In this document: piece by piece, positions 45,719-55,315 of the stretch | Layout: each line of letters starts with the position of its first letter | Position numbering within the stretch: the stretch's first letter is position 1 | NCBI GenBank assembly: GCA_036170915.1 | Contig: JAVHQC010000022.1 | Location: 223,420-287,419 of the forward strand | Direction: 5' to 3' | DNA length: 64,000 bases | DNA from: Cyanobacteria bacterium auto_48_18 | Lineage (GTDB): Bacteria > Cyanobacteriota > Vampirovibrionia > Obscuribacterales > Obscuribacteraceae | Made by a program: the position numbers and the translations under genes | Notes under the pieces: generated by a model | What the model was told of the DNA's origin: nothing | What the model saw: only the letters and a program-made list of their open reading frames with translations | Database searches by the model: none

Positions 45719-47074
45719 CTATTTAGCTTCTATAATTCCAAACAGCTGGGCTTTGCGTTCAATGAGAATTTCGTTGGAAACGGCACCAATAGTCAGTCTT
45801 AATACAGGTTCAGTTTGTGAACCACGGGCAGAAAACCACCAGTCGTCAAAATTGACCGAAAGGCCGTCAATATGTTCTTTGGTACCACCAGCAATGCCGC
45901 TCTCGAGCCGACCCAATGTATCTTGAATGTCAGTGACGCGTAAATTGATTTCACCTGAGCTTGAGTATAAAGCCAGGGGCTCAATCAAACGCGATAGTGT
46001 AGCTGTGCCTCTTGCCACCACATTGACTGCTTCAAGCATGGTGCGCACGGCGTTGTCTGTGGCATACATGTCGGCATAATAGTAGTGACCAGAAAGTTCG
46101 CCGGCAAATAGTGCCCTTTGCTCTTTCATGCTGCCCATCATAAACTGCGTGCCTACACCGGTGCGAATGGCGGTGCCGCCTTGCGAAACGATATATTCGG
46201 GTACAGCGCGACTGGCACGCAGGTCGTAGACAATTTTGCCACCACCATTGCGGCGCACCAGTTCTCCACCAATCAGTCCGATCATCAGACCAGTGTCAAT
46301 CTGCTCTCCGTGCTCGTCCACAAAGATAGCGCGGTCGGCGTCACCATCAAAAGAAACACCAAAGTCGCATTTTTCTCTTACCACCAGTTCGCTTAACTCT
46401 GTTAGTGAGCCTTCGTCAAGCGGGTTTGGAGTGCGTTTGGGGAAGTTTCCGTCAGGTTTCGTATTCAGTAAAACAAATTCGATTAAGTGCTTGGCCGCTT
46501 TTTGCAAAATCTCTAGTTCAGGCCCAGCTGCGCCGTGACCAGCGTCCATGGCTATTTTGAGCCGGCGTTCTGGGCGTACGTGGCGCAGTAAAAAGCTTAC
46601 ATATTCAGGAATGATATCGGTAGTAGATAGGGTACCAACTCTTGCCGCTTTGCCAGAGCAAGTGCCGCCTTCTACTTTTGTGCGAATTTCTCCCAGGCCG
46701 TTTTTTGCGCCCAGTGGTTTGGCATTACCGGCATATAGTTTGAGACCATTGTATTGTTTGCCCATGTGGCTGGCGGTAACAACGGCGCCACCGTCGAACC
46801 CGGCTTGAGCGGCGTACCAGACGGCCATTGGTGTTGATGAAATGCCTATGTCGAGCACGTCGTTGCCACTGTTCAAAACGCCTTCTATAAAGGCACTTTT
46901 TAAGGCAGGCGAAGAGGTGCGCGCATCACAACCAATTAATACTCGTCCACCACCCTGCGGGCGCAAATAATGACCGTAAGCGTAACCGACATTTTTGGCG
47001 AAAGGCTCGTCTAAAGCGGTGCCGTATATGCCGCGAATATCGTATGCGCCGAATAGTTTATGCTTTTCAGTCAT
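45719..47074 (-). CDS. Phosphomannomutase/phosphoglucomutase
   Basis: AYDIRG, TASH..YNGLK, FDGDADR, GELSGH, RGSQTEPVLRL. Confidence 0.92.
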   Translation of the reverse strand: MTEKHKLFGAYDIRGIYGTALDEPFAKNVGYAYGHYLRPQGGGRVLIGCDARTSSPALKSAFIEGVLNSGNDVLDIGISSTPMAVWYAAQAGFDGGAVVTASHMGKQYNGLKLYAGNAKPLGAKNGLGEIRTKVEGGTCSGKAARVGTLSTTDIIPEYVSFLLRHVRPERRLKIAMDAGHGAAGPELEILQKAAKHLIEFVLLNTKPDGNFPKRTPNPLDEGSLTELSELVVREKCDFGVSFDGDADRAIFVDEHGEQIDTGLMIGLIGGELVRRNGGGKIVYDLRASRAVPEYIVSQGGTAIRTGVGTQFMMGSMKEQRALFAGELSGHYYYADMYATDNAVRTMLEAVNVVARGTATLSRLIEPLALYSSSGEINLRVTDIQDTLGRLESGIAGGTKEHIDGLSVNFDDWWFSARGSQTEPVLRLTIGAVSNEILIERKAQLFGIIEAK

Positions 47075-47122
47075 TGAAATTGTCTCTATGTCCGGGTTTC
47101 AAACGTACGCAACTATAATAGC

Positions 47123-47983
47123 TCACATAACGTCGGCAAAAGATTTTTGCGTGCCCTGGAAAAATTTGAATCCGAGCACGAAAACAACAAGAGCAACGGC
47201 CGTATAAGAAAGGTAGTGCGGCCAATCAGGTGGTAATCCTTCCAGCAGTACGCGGCGATAATCGAGCACTATGCCTGCCATAGGATTAATCCAGAGCATG
47301 AATTCTAATTTTTTCGGCAAAGCGGTAGCCGGATAAACAATGGGTGTGGCGTACATCCAGGCAGATAAAAAGAGTGCCATGACGTGACTGATGTCTCTGA
47401 TATAAACACTTAAACTGGCTACAAACCAGGCCAGGCCAGCCGTGAGAAGGATTTGCGAGACGATTATCAGGGGCAAATAGATGATAGTTAGCGGCAAGTA
47501 GTGTTGAAAGAGTAGAACCCCTGCCAAGAGAATGACGAAGGCCATAAGTTCGGTCACCAGAGCTGAGGTTACAGCGATGGGCGGCAAAATTTGTAAGGGA
47601 AATACTACTCGCTTAACCAGGTTAGGATTTTCCAGAATGATAGTGGTTGAGCGTGCAATAGCTTCAGCAAAAGCGCCCCAGGGCAGAAGACCGGCCATCA
47701 GGTAAAGAGCAAAATTGCTCATACTGCCGTTTCCGCCCAGTTTTACTTTTAGCACTAAAGAAAAAAGGAAAGTATATAGAATCAAGTGCCCCAGCGGATT
47801 AATAAGAGGCCAGAGCATGCCTAGCAGAGAGCCTTTGTATTTTCCGACGCAATCGCGCCTGACCATCAAACCCAGCAAACGGCGATTAGCCCATAAGCTG
47901 GAGAAGCCCTTCTTTTCGGCTGGTGGCCCAGAGGGCGTTATTTGAATGGCGGAATCAGGCGAATCTTGCAGAGTGCTGCTCAT
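47123..47983 (-). CDS. wzm: Wzm-type ABC glycan exporter permease
   Basis: KYKGSLLGMLWPLINP, NLVKRVVFP, YATPIVYP, INPM, C-terminal FADVM. Track start is 48046. Confidence 0.9.
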   Translation of the reverse strand: MSSTLQDSPDSAIQITPSGPPAEKKGFSSLWANRRLLGLMVRRDCVGKYKGSLLGMLWPLINPLGHLILYTFLFSLVLKVKLGGNGSMSNFALYLMAGLLPWGAFAEAIARSTTIILENPNLVKRVVFPLQILPPIAVTSALVTELMAFVILLAGVLLFQHYLPLTIIYLPLIIVSQILLTAGLAWFVASLSVYIRDISHVMALFLSAWMYATPIVYPATALPKKLEFMLWINPMAGIVLDYRRVLLEGLPPDWPHYLSYTAVALVVFVLGFKFFQGTQKSFADVM

Positions 47984-48084
47984 AGGTTTCCAATTAGCTA
48001 GTCTGTTAACGGGGCTGCGACAGCATTGAACGGAAAATCGTAGCACGATCTTCCGTTCAACTTATGAAGCATACTGAAGGTAGG

Positions 48085-48681
48085 CTACTGGTTTTTAGTG
48101 GCCTTGTCGCTGTCTGGCAGCGCTTTTTCTTTCGTATCAGCAGTTGCTGCTTTAACGCCATTTGGGTTGCTGGTTATGGTTACTTGCGAAACCAGAGGAG
48201 CGGCGCCTTTGGTGGCAGGCGTCAAAATTACTTCGCCGACATAGTTATCGCCGTAGTAATAAATGTGTTTACCAGGCTGCTCATCTACTTTTGATTGCGC
48301 TTGCGCATCTTTCGGTAAAAGCTTTTTCAGTTCAGCTTCAGCGGTTTCTTTGCTGATTGGTGTGCCGGTGAAAAGTGTTGATACCTGAAACACTGTGCCG
48401 TCTTTGCACTGCACAATATATTGGCCGCCGTTGGCATTTTTCTCACGGCTGAGATATTGAGTTTTGCCGCCGGCTCCAGCATTGGCTGAAGTATCAGGGA
48501 CGAATGTCAGGATTGATTGTTTTAAAGTCGTTTCAGGAATACCGACGACGATTTTTTCTAAAGGCACTGAGCCTTGTACAGTGACATCACTAGATTGCCC
48601 TTCGCTGCATCCTTGCAAAACTAGAGGCAATGCGATTGCCAGAGCTGCGGTTGCATACATTTTCAATTTTAAAATTTGCAC
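48085..48681 (-). CDS. Hypothetical lipoprotein
   Basis: Signal peptide ending in LQGC lipobox. Confidence 0.65.
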   Translation of the reverse strand: MQILKLKMYATAALAIALPLVLQGCSEGQSSDVTVQGSVPLEKIVVGIPETTLKQSILTFVPDTSANAGAGGKTQYLSREKNANGGQYIVQCKDGTVFQVSTLFTGTPISKETAEAELKKLLPKDAQAQSKVDEQPGKHIYYYGDNYVGEVILTPATKGAAPLVSQVTITSNPNGVKAATADTKEKALPDSDKATKNQ

Positions 48682-49925
48682 TATTCACCTTTCGTTCCAC
48701 TTGTTTCGGCATTAAGTTTGCCCATAATTTCTTTCGTCTTTGAGAGTAACCGATCTCTGCGATCTGGTGCGACTTCTGTTAGATATGTATCAATTGCAGT
48801 GAGCGGATTTAGTACTGCGCTTTCAGTTAGTTGCGGCAGGCGTGCTCTCTGATGTGATGGCACGACTTCAGCGCTGACTCGCACAGACAGTGCGGCTTCA
48901 GCTTGAATTTTTATTTTCTCTTCGTCGATTTCTTTCAGTTGATCTTGATTGACTTTGTAACGCACACGCAAAACACAGCCGGGTATGAGAGCCTTCGCGA
49001 TCTTGTCAGAGAGCACGTTACCAGGGTTTTCGCTATTGGTTAGATCAATATCAACTGTAACAAAAGGCCTGGGGTTAATAGAGATAAATTTAAATGCCGT
49101 ATTGCCGCGTTCGATGGTGGCGTGCACAAAACCTTTGTCTTCTTTTTCTTCGCCAAAGTCTACGCGTTCAAGCGATCCGGCATAAACAATGGTCGGCTTT
49201 TCTTCGCGTAATACCTGATATTTATGAATGTGCCCCAGCGCCACATAATCGATACGATCATTGATAAACATTTCGGTGGGAAATGTCAGTGTATAACCCA
49301 CCAATAGTTCTTCTTCAATGCCAGCCAGGGCCGAGTCTGTGCTCATGTGGGCAGTGACCACAGTAGGTATGGTGGCATCCAAATTTAAGTAATAACCGCG
49401 CAAAAGATCGCGAATATGTTCTTTCAAGACTTTGTCGATCTCTACAGCAGAAAGATCTTTATATTTATCGAGAGTCATGAGTTGGTGCCGGGTTATATGC
49501 GGCAGGCCAACCAACTGCAGGGCACCATTTTTAGTATCAAGGACCATTGAGGTGGGTTTATCCACCATGATCACTCCTGGGACCTCCAGGCTCTGAAATA
49601 CTGACATGGCATGGCTTTGTGATGCTCTCAAGACTTGATCATGATTGCCCACCACTAATATGGTTGTAATGCCGGCATCACTCAAACGCTTCAACTGCCC
49701 AGCGAACATTTTTTGATAAATAGGCTCGGGAGAAGCGTTGCGATAAGCATCACCAGAGAACAAAAACACATCGCAATTTTGAGCGATGGCATAGTCGACT
49801 ACTTTTACCAGTGCCGCCACAAAATCTTCAAAGCGTACATTCAACCCGGTAACCGGATTGAGTCTGCCGTGTGATTCGCCGGAGCCAAAATGAATGTCAG
49901 AGACGTGAATTAAATTGATAGCCAT
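48681..49925 (-). CDS. sbcD: SbcD/Mre11 nuclease
   Basis: SDIHFG, GD, GNHD, YVALGHIHK, YAGSLERVDFGE. Track start is 49934. Confidence 0.9.
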   Translation of the reverse strand: MAINLIHVSDIHFGSGESHGRLNPVTGLNVRFEDFVAALVKVVDYAIAQNCDVFLFSGDAYRNASPEPIYQKMFAGQLKRLSDAGITTILVVGNHDQVLRASQSHAMSVFQSLEVPGVIMVDKPTSMVLDTKNGALQLVGLPHITRHQLMTLDKYKDLSAVEIDKVLKEHIRDLLRGYYLNLDATIPTVVTAHMSTDSALAGIEEELLVGYTLTFPTEMFINDRIDYVALGHIHKYQVLREEKPTIVYAGSLERVDFGEEKEDKGFVHATIERGNTAFKFISINPRPFVTVDIDLTNSENPGNVLSDKIAKALIPGCVLRVRYKVNQDQLKEIDEEKIKIQAEAALSVRVSAEVVPSHQRARLPQLTESAVLNPLTAIDTYLTEVAPDRRDRLLSKTKEIMGKLNAETSGTKGE

Positions 49926-50007
49926 AGATGTCATTGTATTCGCGATTCATGTTTGATGATGAGAGCCATGATAGATTTATTCTGCTTAATTAAAAGCGGT
50001 AAATGTA

Positions 50008-50859
50008 ATGCGCCTCGCTGGCTCTTGGCAACAATCTTTTGGTCTTCAGTATGGCAGACACTTGTGGCGTGTTTTGCCTCTCGTGCTGGTTGCGAACCTC
50101 TTTGCTATTTCCCTCAATATTGACTGTGGCGCTGCCTATTGCCAAGATGCAGAGTCTACCGATGTATCAGCCTCATCTGTGGTGCAATGCCTTGAACAAA
50201 ATCGCTACGTCACCCTGGTTGGCAAAGCTCAGGCAGTGGTCGACGGCCCCCGTTTGCTGATTGCCCTCTATCAAGATCCCCGGGCCAATGTGCGCGATCT
50301 GAAAATCAATTCGGTCTTGCTGGCGAAAGGTCTGGCTGACCGATTTGGCGATAGATTTGACCAGTATGTGTTTTCGCACTATCCGCTGGCTGAGCAAAGC
50401 ACCTATTGCCAGGCTACCCTTTCAAGAGCTGATCTAATGGCATTTGGAACTGGTCACCTGGCCGATGACCAGCTTTTGAGCCGCGTCAAGGTCGAACCGT
50501 TTTTAGCCGCCAGTCTCAAAAGGCGCTATCAGAACCTTTCTTATTCGCAAATAATTGCCGAGGATCAAGTGGTTGAATCTTACGGCGATAACCATAAGCA
50601 GGATCGCAAAGAAATTAAGGCGAGAATTCTTTCTCTCAAGAGAAGTGGTTATGATGTCAGTGTGGCTGAAAAGCGGTTTCTCGAGGTGGAAGATTTTGTG
50701 CGTCGGCATGAAAACTTTGACCACGCAGAGTACGCAGCAGCATGGCGCGACATTGAGCTATGTTTGCAAGACTCTGTTAATAGTGTCACAAGTGGTAAAA
50801 GTGGCACTTCGAGAAAAATCAAAATTGCAAGTGACGAGAGGTCTTCGTGGCAAAGATAA
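50008..50859 (+). CDS. Hypothetical exported protein
   Basis: 283-aa ORF with a signal-like hydrophobic segment, overlapping the rlmD start; start uncertain. Confidence 0.55.
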   Translation: MRLAGSWQQSFGLQYGRHLWRVLPLVLVANLFAISLNIDCGAAYCQDAESTDVSASSVVQCLEQNRYVTLVGKAQAVVDGPRLLIALYQDPRANVRDLKINSVLLAKGLADRFGDRFDQYVFSHYPLAEQSTYCQATLSRADLMAFGTGHLADDQLLSRVKVEPFLAASLKRRYQNLSYSQIIAEDQVVESYGDNHKQDRKEIKARILSLKRSGYDVSVAEKRFLEVEDFVRRHENFDHAEYAAAWRDIELCLQDSVNSVTSGKSGTSRKIKIASDERSSWQR

Positions 50860-52331
50860 AACTCACCCATTCGCTCGAGCGCGGCGATCAGGTTGAGGTT
50901 AACGTAGAATCGCTGGCTAACGGCGGTGATGGCGTAGCTAAGGTCGATTCCATTCCGGTCTTTATTGAGCGCGCCGCTCAAGGTGACAGGCTGGCAATTT
51001 ACTTATTTGATGTGCGCAAAGACTTCGCCCGTGGTGCCATTGAAGAGATTGTCAAACCAGCTGCCGAGCGGGTTCAAGCGCCCTGCTATCACTATGAGCG
51101 CTGTGGCGGCTGCCAGTGGCAACACATTGATTATGCGCAGCAGTTAAAACATAAACGACAGCTGATTATTGATGCCCTGAGCCACATTGGCGGTGTTGCT
51201 GATGCCGAAAATCTGGTGCTTCCGATTATGGGTTGCGATGATCCGTTTCACTATCGCAATAAAGTGCAGTTTCCTGTCAAATACAAAGATACGCAGGTGC
51301 TAGCGGGCTATTACGAGCGCGGCAGCCACGATCTGGTCAATATTGAATCTTGCCCGATTCAGCCTTCCATATTTGATCAGTTGCTGAAAACTACAAAAAC
51401 TTTGTTCAAGAAATATCGCATTTCAATTTACGATGAAGCGCGCCATCGCGGCATGGTCAGGCATCTGAACTTCCGCATCAGTTTTTCGGCCAGCAAAATT
51501 TTGGTCACCATCGTGGTCAATCACGCACCTGTAAATATCAAAGAATTCAACAACATTGATTATCTCAACGCTTTCACAGTGCTTGGTCAGGAGCTGCAGC
51601 ATTTGCATCCTGAAGTAGATTCAGTGGTAGTCAATTTCAATCAAGATAAAGGCAATCGCATTCTTGGTGAGCACACCATTACCCTGGTGGGTGGTGGCTT
51701 CATCGAAGAACGCCTAGCCACCACCAATGGAGCTCTGCCCAAACGCTTGCAAGATGGTCTGACATTTAGACTTTCGTCCAAAAGCTTTTTCCAGGTCAAC
51801 AGTCTACAGGCGGTAAAACTGCTGGAAGTGGTTGCGCTGGCTGCTCAGGAGAGCCTTAAGGGCGTCGACAAGCCTCGGGTTGTGGATGCTTACGCCGGGG
51901 TCGGCACTATCGCCATGTGGCTCAGTCCACTGGCCAACGAGGTTGTGGCCATTGAAGAAGTGGGTGATGCCATTGCTGATGGTGAAGAGAATGCGGCCTT
52001 AAATAGTCTGACCAATGTGGAATTTATTGAAGGTCAAGTGGAGCAGGTTCTGGCTGCTGTGGTGGATGAGCGCCCGGTCGACTTGCTTGTGCTGGACCCA
52101 CCCCGCAAAGGGATAGACCCCGCCGTGCTGCAGGTTCTTTGCCAGCGCGGGCCGAAAAATATTGTTTATGTCAGCTGTAATCCGGCCACTCTGGCAAGAG
52201 ACCTGAAAATACTTGGTCAGACGGGAGAAAACGCGCTCTATGCTGGGTATACAATTAAGCGTGTACAGCCGGTGGACCTTTTCCCTCAGACTTACCATGT
52301 TGAGTCGGTGGCGGTCCTTGAAAGGAAATGA
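50847..52331 (+). CDS. rlmD: 23S rRNA (uracil-C5)-methyltransferase RlmD
   Basis: TRAM domain, C..YERCGGCQWQH, YRNK, FFQVN, DAYAGVG, LDPPRKG, YVSCNPATLARD, DLFPQTYHVE. Confidence 0.93.
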   Translation: MAKIKLTHSLERGDQVEVNVESLANGGDGVAKVDSIPVFIERAAQGDRLAIYLFDVRKDFARGAIEEIVKPAAERVQAPCYHYERCGGCQWQHIDYAQQLKHKRQLIIDALSHIGGVADAENLVLPIMGCDDPFHYRNKVQFPVKYKDTQVLAGYYERGSHDLVNIESCPIQPSIFDQLLKTTKTLFKKYRISIYDEARHRGMVRHLNFRISFSASKILVTIVVNHAPVNIKEFNNIDYLNAFTVLGQELQHLHPEVDSVVVNFNQDKGNRILGEHTITLVGGGFIEERLATTNGALPKRLQDGLTFRLSSKSFFQVNSLQAVKLLEVVALAAQESLKGVDKPRVVDAYAGVGTIAMWLSPLANEVVAIEEVGDAIADGEENAALNSLTNVEFIEGQVEQVLAAVVDERPVDLLVLDPPRKGIDPAVLQVLCQRGPKNIVYVSCNPATLARDLKILGQTGENALYAGYTIKRVQPVDLFPQTYHVESVAVLERK

Positions 52332-52804
52332 CGGAAATAATGGTACTGTCGGGCATCTGGAAGAGAAACGACAATTCAAAAGACCCTCTGCCTGACAACT
52401 TGAGTGTCTCGCATGATAAAGCAGTTCCACCTGAAGCTGTGCAAGCTCTGTGCGCTTCAGTAGGCTGGAGCCGCCGCGAGCCTGACCTGATTGTGCGCGC
52501 TCTAGAAAACTCCCTGGCTGTGGTCTCAATTTGGGACAAGGAAGAGCTTGTGGGCTTCGCTAGAGCTACCGGTGACAAAGTTTTTAACGCCACTGTATGG
52601 GACATGGTTGTAAGGCCAGACTATCAGCGCCTAGGTCTTGGTCGATTGGTAATGTGCGAGCTTTTAAAAGAGCTGGACGAATATCAGATACCCCTGGTGA
52701 CTTTATATGCCGACCCCGGCACCGACGGATTTTACAAGCGCTTTGGTTTTCTCGCTGACCCATCAGGAGTCAGGGGAATGTTCAGAGAGCGCATGGACTA
52801 TTAG
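52328..52804 (+). CDS. GNAT N-acetyltransferase, Ycf52-like
   Basis: LCASVGWSRR, GFARATGDKVFNATVWD, YQRLGLG, TLYADP, FYKRFGF. Confidence 0.8.
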   Translation: MTEIMVLSGIWKRNDNSKDPLPDNLSVSHDKAVPPEAVQALCASVGWSRREPDLIVRALENSLAVVSIWDKEELVGFARATGDKVFNATVWDMVVRPDYQRLGLGRLVMCELLKELDEYQIPLVTLYADPGTDGFYKRFGFLADPSGVRGMFRERMDY

Positions 52805-52806
52805 CC

Positions 52807-53694
52807 TTGCCTAGTGTCAGCCAAAATCAGATATTGATTTTAGGTGGCAGCGGCATGCTTGGCCACAAGCTTTGCCAGGTGCTGGCTGGCGAGCATAAAG
52901 TGTTTGCAGCTGTGCGTTCTGGCGGTGCAGATCTGGCACGCCATCTGACACTACCAGAAGGGCAAATTTTGACTGGTTTAGAGGCAGAAAGTGATGATTC
53001 GCTGGCTGCGATGTTTGCCGCCGCCAGGCCCAGCGTAGTAATTAACTGCGTTGGTATCGTTAAACAACTTGATCTGGCGTCTGAGAGATTGCCTTCCATT
53101 GCCATTAATTCGCTATTGCCTCATCGCCTGCATAAGCTCTGCCAGAGCACTGGTGCCAGGCTGATTCATATCAGCACTGATTGTGTCTTCAGTGGCAGCA
53201 AAGGCCTTTATTTAGAAAGCGATTTTGCTGATGCCTATGATGTTTACGGCCGCTCAAAATGGTTAGGAGAAGTAACTGACGGCAACGCACTGACCATTAG
53301 AACTTCGATTATTGGCAGGCAACTAAGTGGGCATCACAGTTTGCTTGACTGGTTCTTATTGAACAAGAATAATTCTGTAGGTGGTTACAGCAAAGCAATT
53401 TTTAGCGGCTTGACCACACTGGAATTGAGTCGTGTGATTGGTGAAATCATTGGCTCTCATCAGTCTTTAAGCGGTCTTTATCAGGTGGCCAGCGAGCCCA
53501 TCGATAAATTTAGTTTGCTCAGTTTGATCAAAAAGGTTTATGACTTGAATATCGTTATCGATGAAAATGACCAATTTAAAATTGATCGCTCATTGTGTGA
53601 CGATAAATTCCGCACGGCTACTGGTTTGGCTAAGAAATCTTGGCAGACTATGATTGAAGAAATGTATGAATTTGATCGCGGCCGATATAAATAA
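52807..53694 (+). CDS. RmlD-family sugar-nucleotide reductase (QnlA/WbvR-like)
   Basis: GGSGMLG, NCVGIVKQ, NSLLPH, HISTDCVFSG, YGRSKWLGE, RTSIIG. Confidence 0.8.
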   Translation: MPSVSQNQILILGGSGMLGHKLCQVLAGEHKVFAAVRSGGADLARHLTLPEGQILTGLEAESDDSLAAMFAAARPSVVINCVGIVKQLDLASERLPSIAINSLLPHRLHKLCQSTGARLIHISTDCVFSGSKGLYLESDFADAYDVYGRSKWLGEVTDGNALTIRTSIIGRQLSGHHSLLDWFLLNKNNSVGGYSKAIFSGLTTLELSRVIGEIIGSHQSLSGLYQVASEPIDKFSLLSLIKKVYDLNIVIDENDQFKIDRSLCDDKFRTATGLAKKSWQTMIEEMYEFDRGRYK

Positions 53695-53726
53695 TAGCGG
53701 CTCTTCCAGCTGATTTGCAGTTGATT

Positions 53727-54050
53727 TTATACGAGTATTTCAAGCCCGTGTTTTTTTGCGATAGAAAGAAGTTTTAGTGCTGCACCCTGTGGACGTGATG
53801 CACCAGACTCCCATTTTTCTACTGTACTTTCACTGGTGTTTAGATAGCGAGCAAATACAGGCTGGCTCACATGATAGCTTTCACGCAATGCCTTAATTTG
53901 TTTTGGTCCTAAAGCTTCAGGCACAGAAAGACAGCTTTCGTCGAATCGACGCATAGTTTCTTTGCTCACGGTGCCGACTTCGTACATACCAGTAACGGCG
54001 CTATGTATTGCTTCGAACGCGTCGCTTTTAAATTTCTTAGTTTTCGCCAT
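53727..54050 (-). CDS. HigA-like XRE-HTH antitoxin
   Basis: SQPVFARYLN..STVEKWESG..P.GAALKLL; downstream of and overlapping the toxin gene. Confidence 0.85.
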   Translation of the reverse strand: MAKTKKFKSDAFEAIHSAVTGMYEVGTVSKETMRRFDESCLSVPEALGPKQIKALRESYHVSQPVFARYLNTSESTVEKWESGASRPQGAALKLLSIAKKHGLEILV

Positions 54051-54411
54051 GACAGATTTCCTCAAGTTTCTTACCGTGCAGTTCTTTTTCTATGTCAGCC
54101 TCACTTTTGTGTTCATATAAACTGGCTAAATCGCGGAAATTTGCAAGCTCCTTCCGGTCGATATTTTCGCGGTCTTTTTTTGCAAACAAGAATGCATAAA
54201 CCCAGTACTTGCCACCTTTTGCAACAATTATGCTGCGGTGCATGTTTTTGTTCAGTCGTTTTTTGAATACTCCACCGCCGAGGTCGTCGCATTGTCCCAG
54301 CCGCACTTGTTCAAAGGCCTTCCACAAATCAGCATCACTTATTTCGGCCTTTCTAGCAGCTTTGGCAAACCATTCGGTTTTAAAGGCGCGAGCCTCGATT
54401 GCTTCAGTCAT
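54037..54411 (-). CDS. RelE/HigB-family toxin (toxin-first arrangement)
   Basis: FKTEWFAKAARKA, DLGGGVFKKR, FAKKDRENI. Confidence 0.85.
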   Translation of the reverse strand: MTEAIEARAFKTEWFAKAARKAEISDADLWKAFEQVRLGQCDDLGGGVFKKRLNKNMHRSIIVAKGGKYWVYAFLFAKKDRENIDRKELANFRDLASLYEHKSEADIEKELHGKKLEEICHGEN

Positions 54412-54446
54412 AGGTCAAGTGTAGCAAGCTTTACGACCTTTGTCAA
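54412..54446 (-). promoter_or_regulatory. Sigma70-type promoter of the higBA-like operon, apparently leaderless
   Basis: TTGACA (54446-54441), 17 bp, TGc-TACACT (54423-54418), 6 nt, ATG; AGGTC/GACCT inverted pair around the -10. Confidence 0.75.
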
Positions 54447-54528
54447 AGCTCCCGCTGGCAAGAGGCCTCCGATTGGCTGGAAGTTTTGAGCAAAACAGCT
54501 TGCTTGAGGTACTGCGAAGATGACCAGT

Positions 54529-54556
54529 CAGGATTTACTTTCGAAAGTAAATCCTG
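54529..54556. repeat. Perfect 28-bp palindrome
   Basis: CAGGATTTACTTTCGAAAGTAAATCCTG equals its reverse complement. Confidence 0.85.
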
Positions 54557-54586
54557 GGAAATTAAAGCACCCAGTGACTATTCTTC

Positions 54587-55312
54587 TTAGGTCTTTGACC
54601 GCACTTTAACTTTCCGCTCAGGTAGCGGATCGCGATTGGCGCGGTGATACTCTTCCAGGCAACCAATATCAATCCAGTCTTCTGACATTTTGTACACAGC
54701 GACACCACCTTTAGCGGCACAAAGCTGCAACATATCAGGCATATCAAATGGGCCGGATGGTGGAATCAAATCTAAAGCGGCAGGCTCAAGCACGTACATA
54801 CCGGCGTTAATCCAGTGCTGGCTGGTGGGCTTTTCGGCCACTGATGCCAGCATCCCGTCGACGGTTTCTACCACGCCATAAGGAATGGTGGCAGTATATT
54901 TGAACGAGCAGACTGTAGCCAGTGCTTTTTTGTCGGCGTGTAATTTCAGCAGTTTGTCTAAATCGATATTGGTAATCAAATCACCGTTCATAACCAGAAT
55001 TGGCTGCTCAGGCCGTTTTGGCAACAGGCGCAAGGCGCCGCAAGTGCCCATTGGTTCTTCTTCAGTCAGGTATGAAATGGACAAATTCCATTTAGATCCG
55101 TCCTGAAAATGATTACGCAATTTGTGGCATTTGTTATTCACTGATAGGTGAATATCGTGATAACCACTGTCGGCCAAAAATTCGAGCATGCGCTCAAGCA
55201 GCGGTTTCCCTTGCACTTGCAGCAGTGATTTTGGAGTGTTTTCGGTCAAAGGCATGAGCCTTTTACCGGCGCCGCCGACCATCAAAATTACAGGTGTGGG
55301 ATCTTTAGACAT
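54587..55312 (-). CDS. Sugar-phosphate nucleotidyltransferase
   Basis: MVGGAGKRLMPLT..PK, PMGTCGAL, VMNGD, IPYGVV, EKP, INAGMY, WIDIG. Confidence 0.88.
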   Translation of the reverse strand: MSKDPTPVILMVGGAGKRLMPLTENTPKSLLQVQGKPLLERMLEFLADSGYHDIHLSVNNKCHKLRNHFQDGSKWNLSISYLTEEEPMGTCGALRLLPKRPEQPILVMNGDLITNIDLDKLLKLHADKKALATVCSFKYTATIPYGVVETVDGMLASVAEKPTSQHWINAGMYVLEPAALDLIPPSGPFDMPDMLQLCAAKGGVAVYKMSEDWIDIGCLEEYHRANRDPLPERKVKVRSKT

Positions 55313-55315
55313 GTT

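Noticed and set aside
51999..52605. Antisense ORFs of 176 and 116 aa over rlmD/GNAT, and similar short shadow ORFs throughout
   Set aside because: They lie opposite well-supported genes and show no recognisable motifs.
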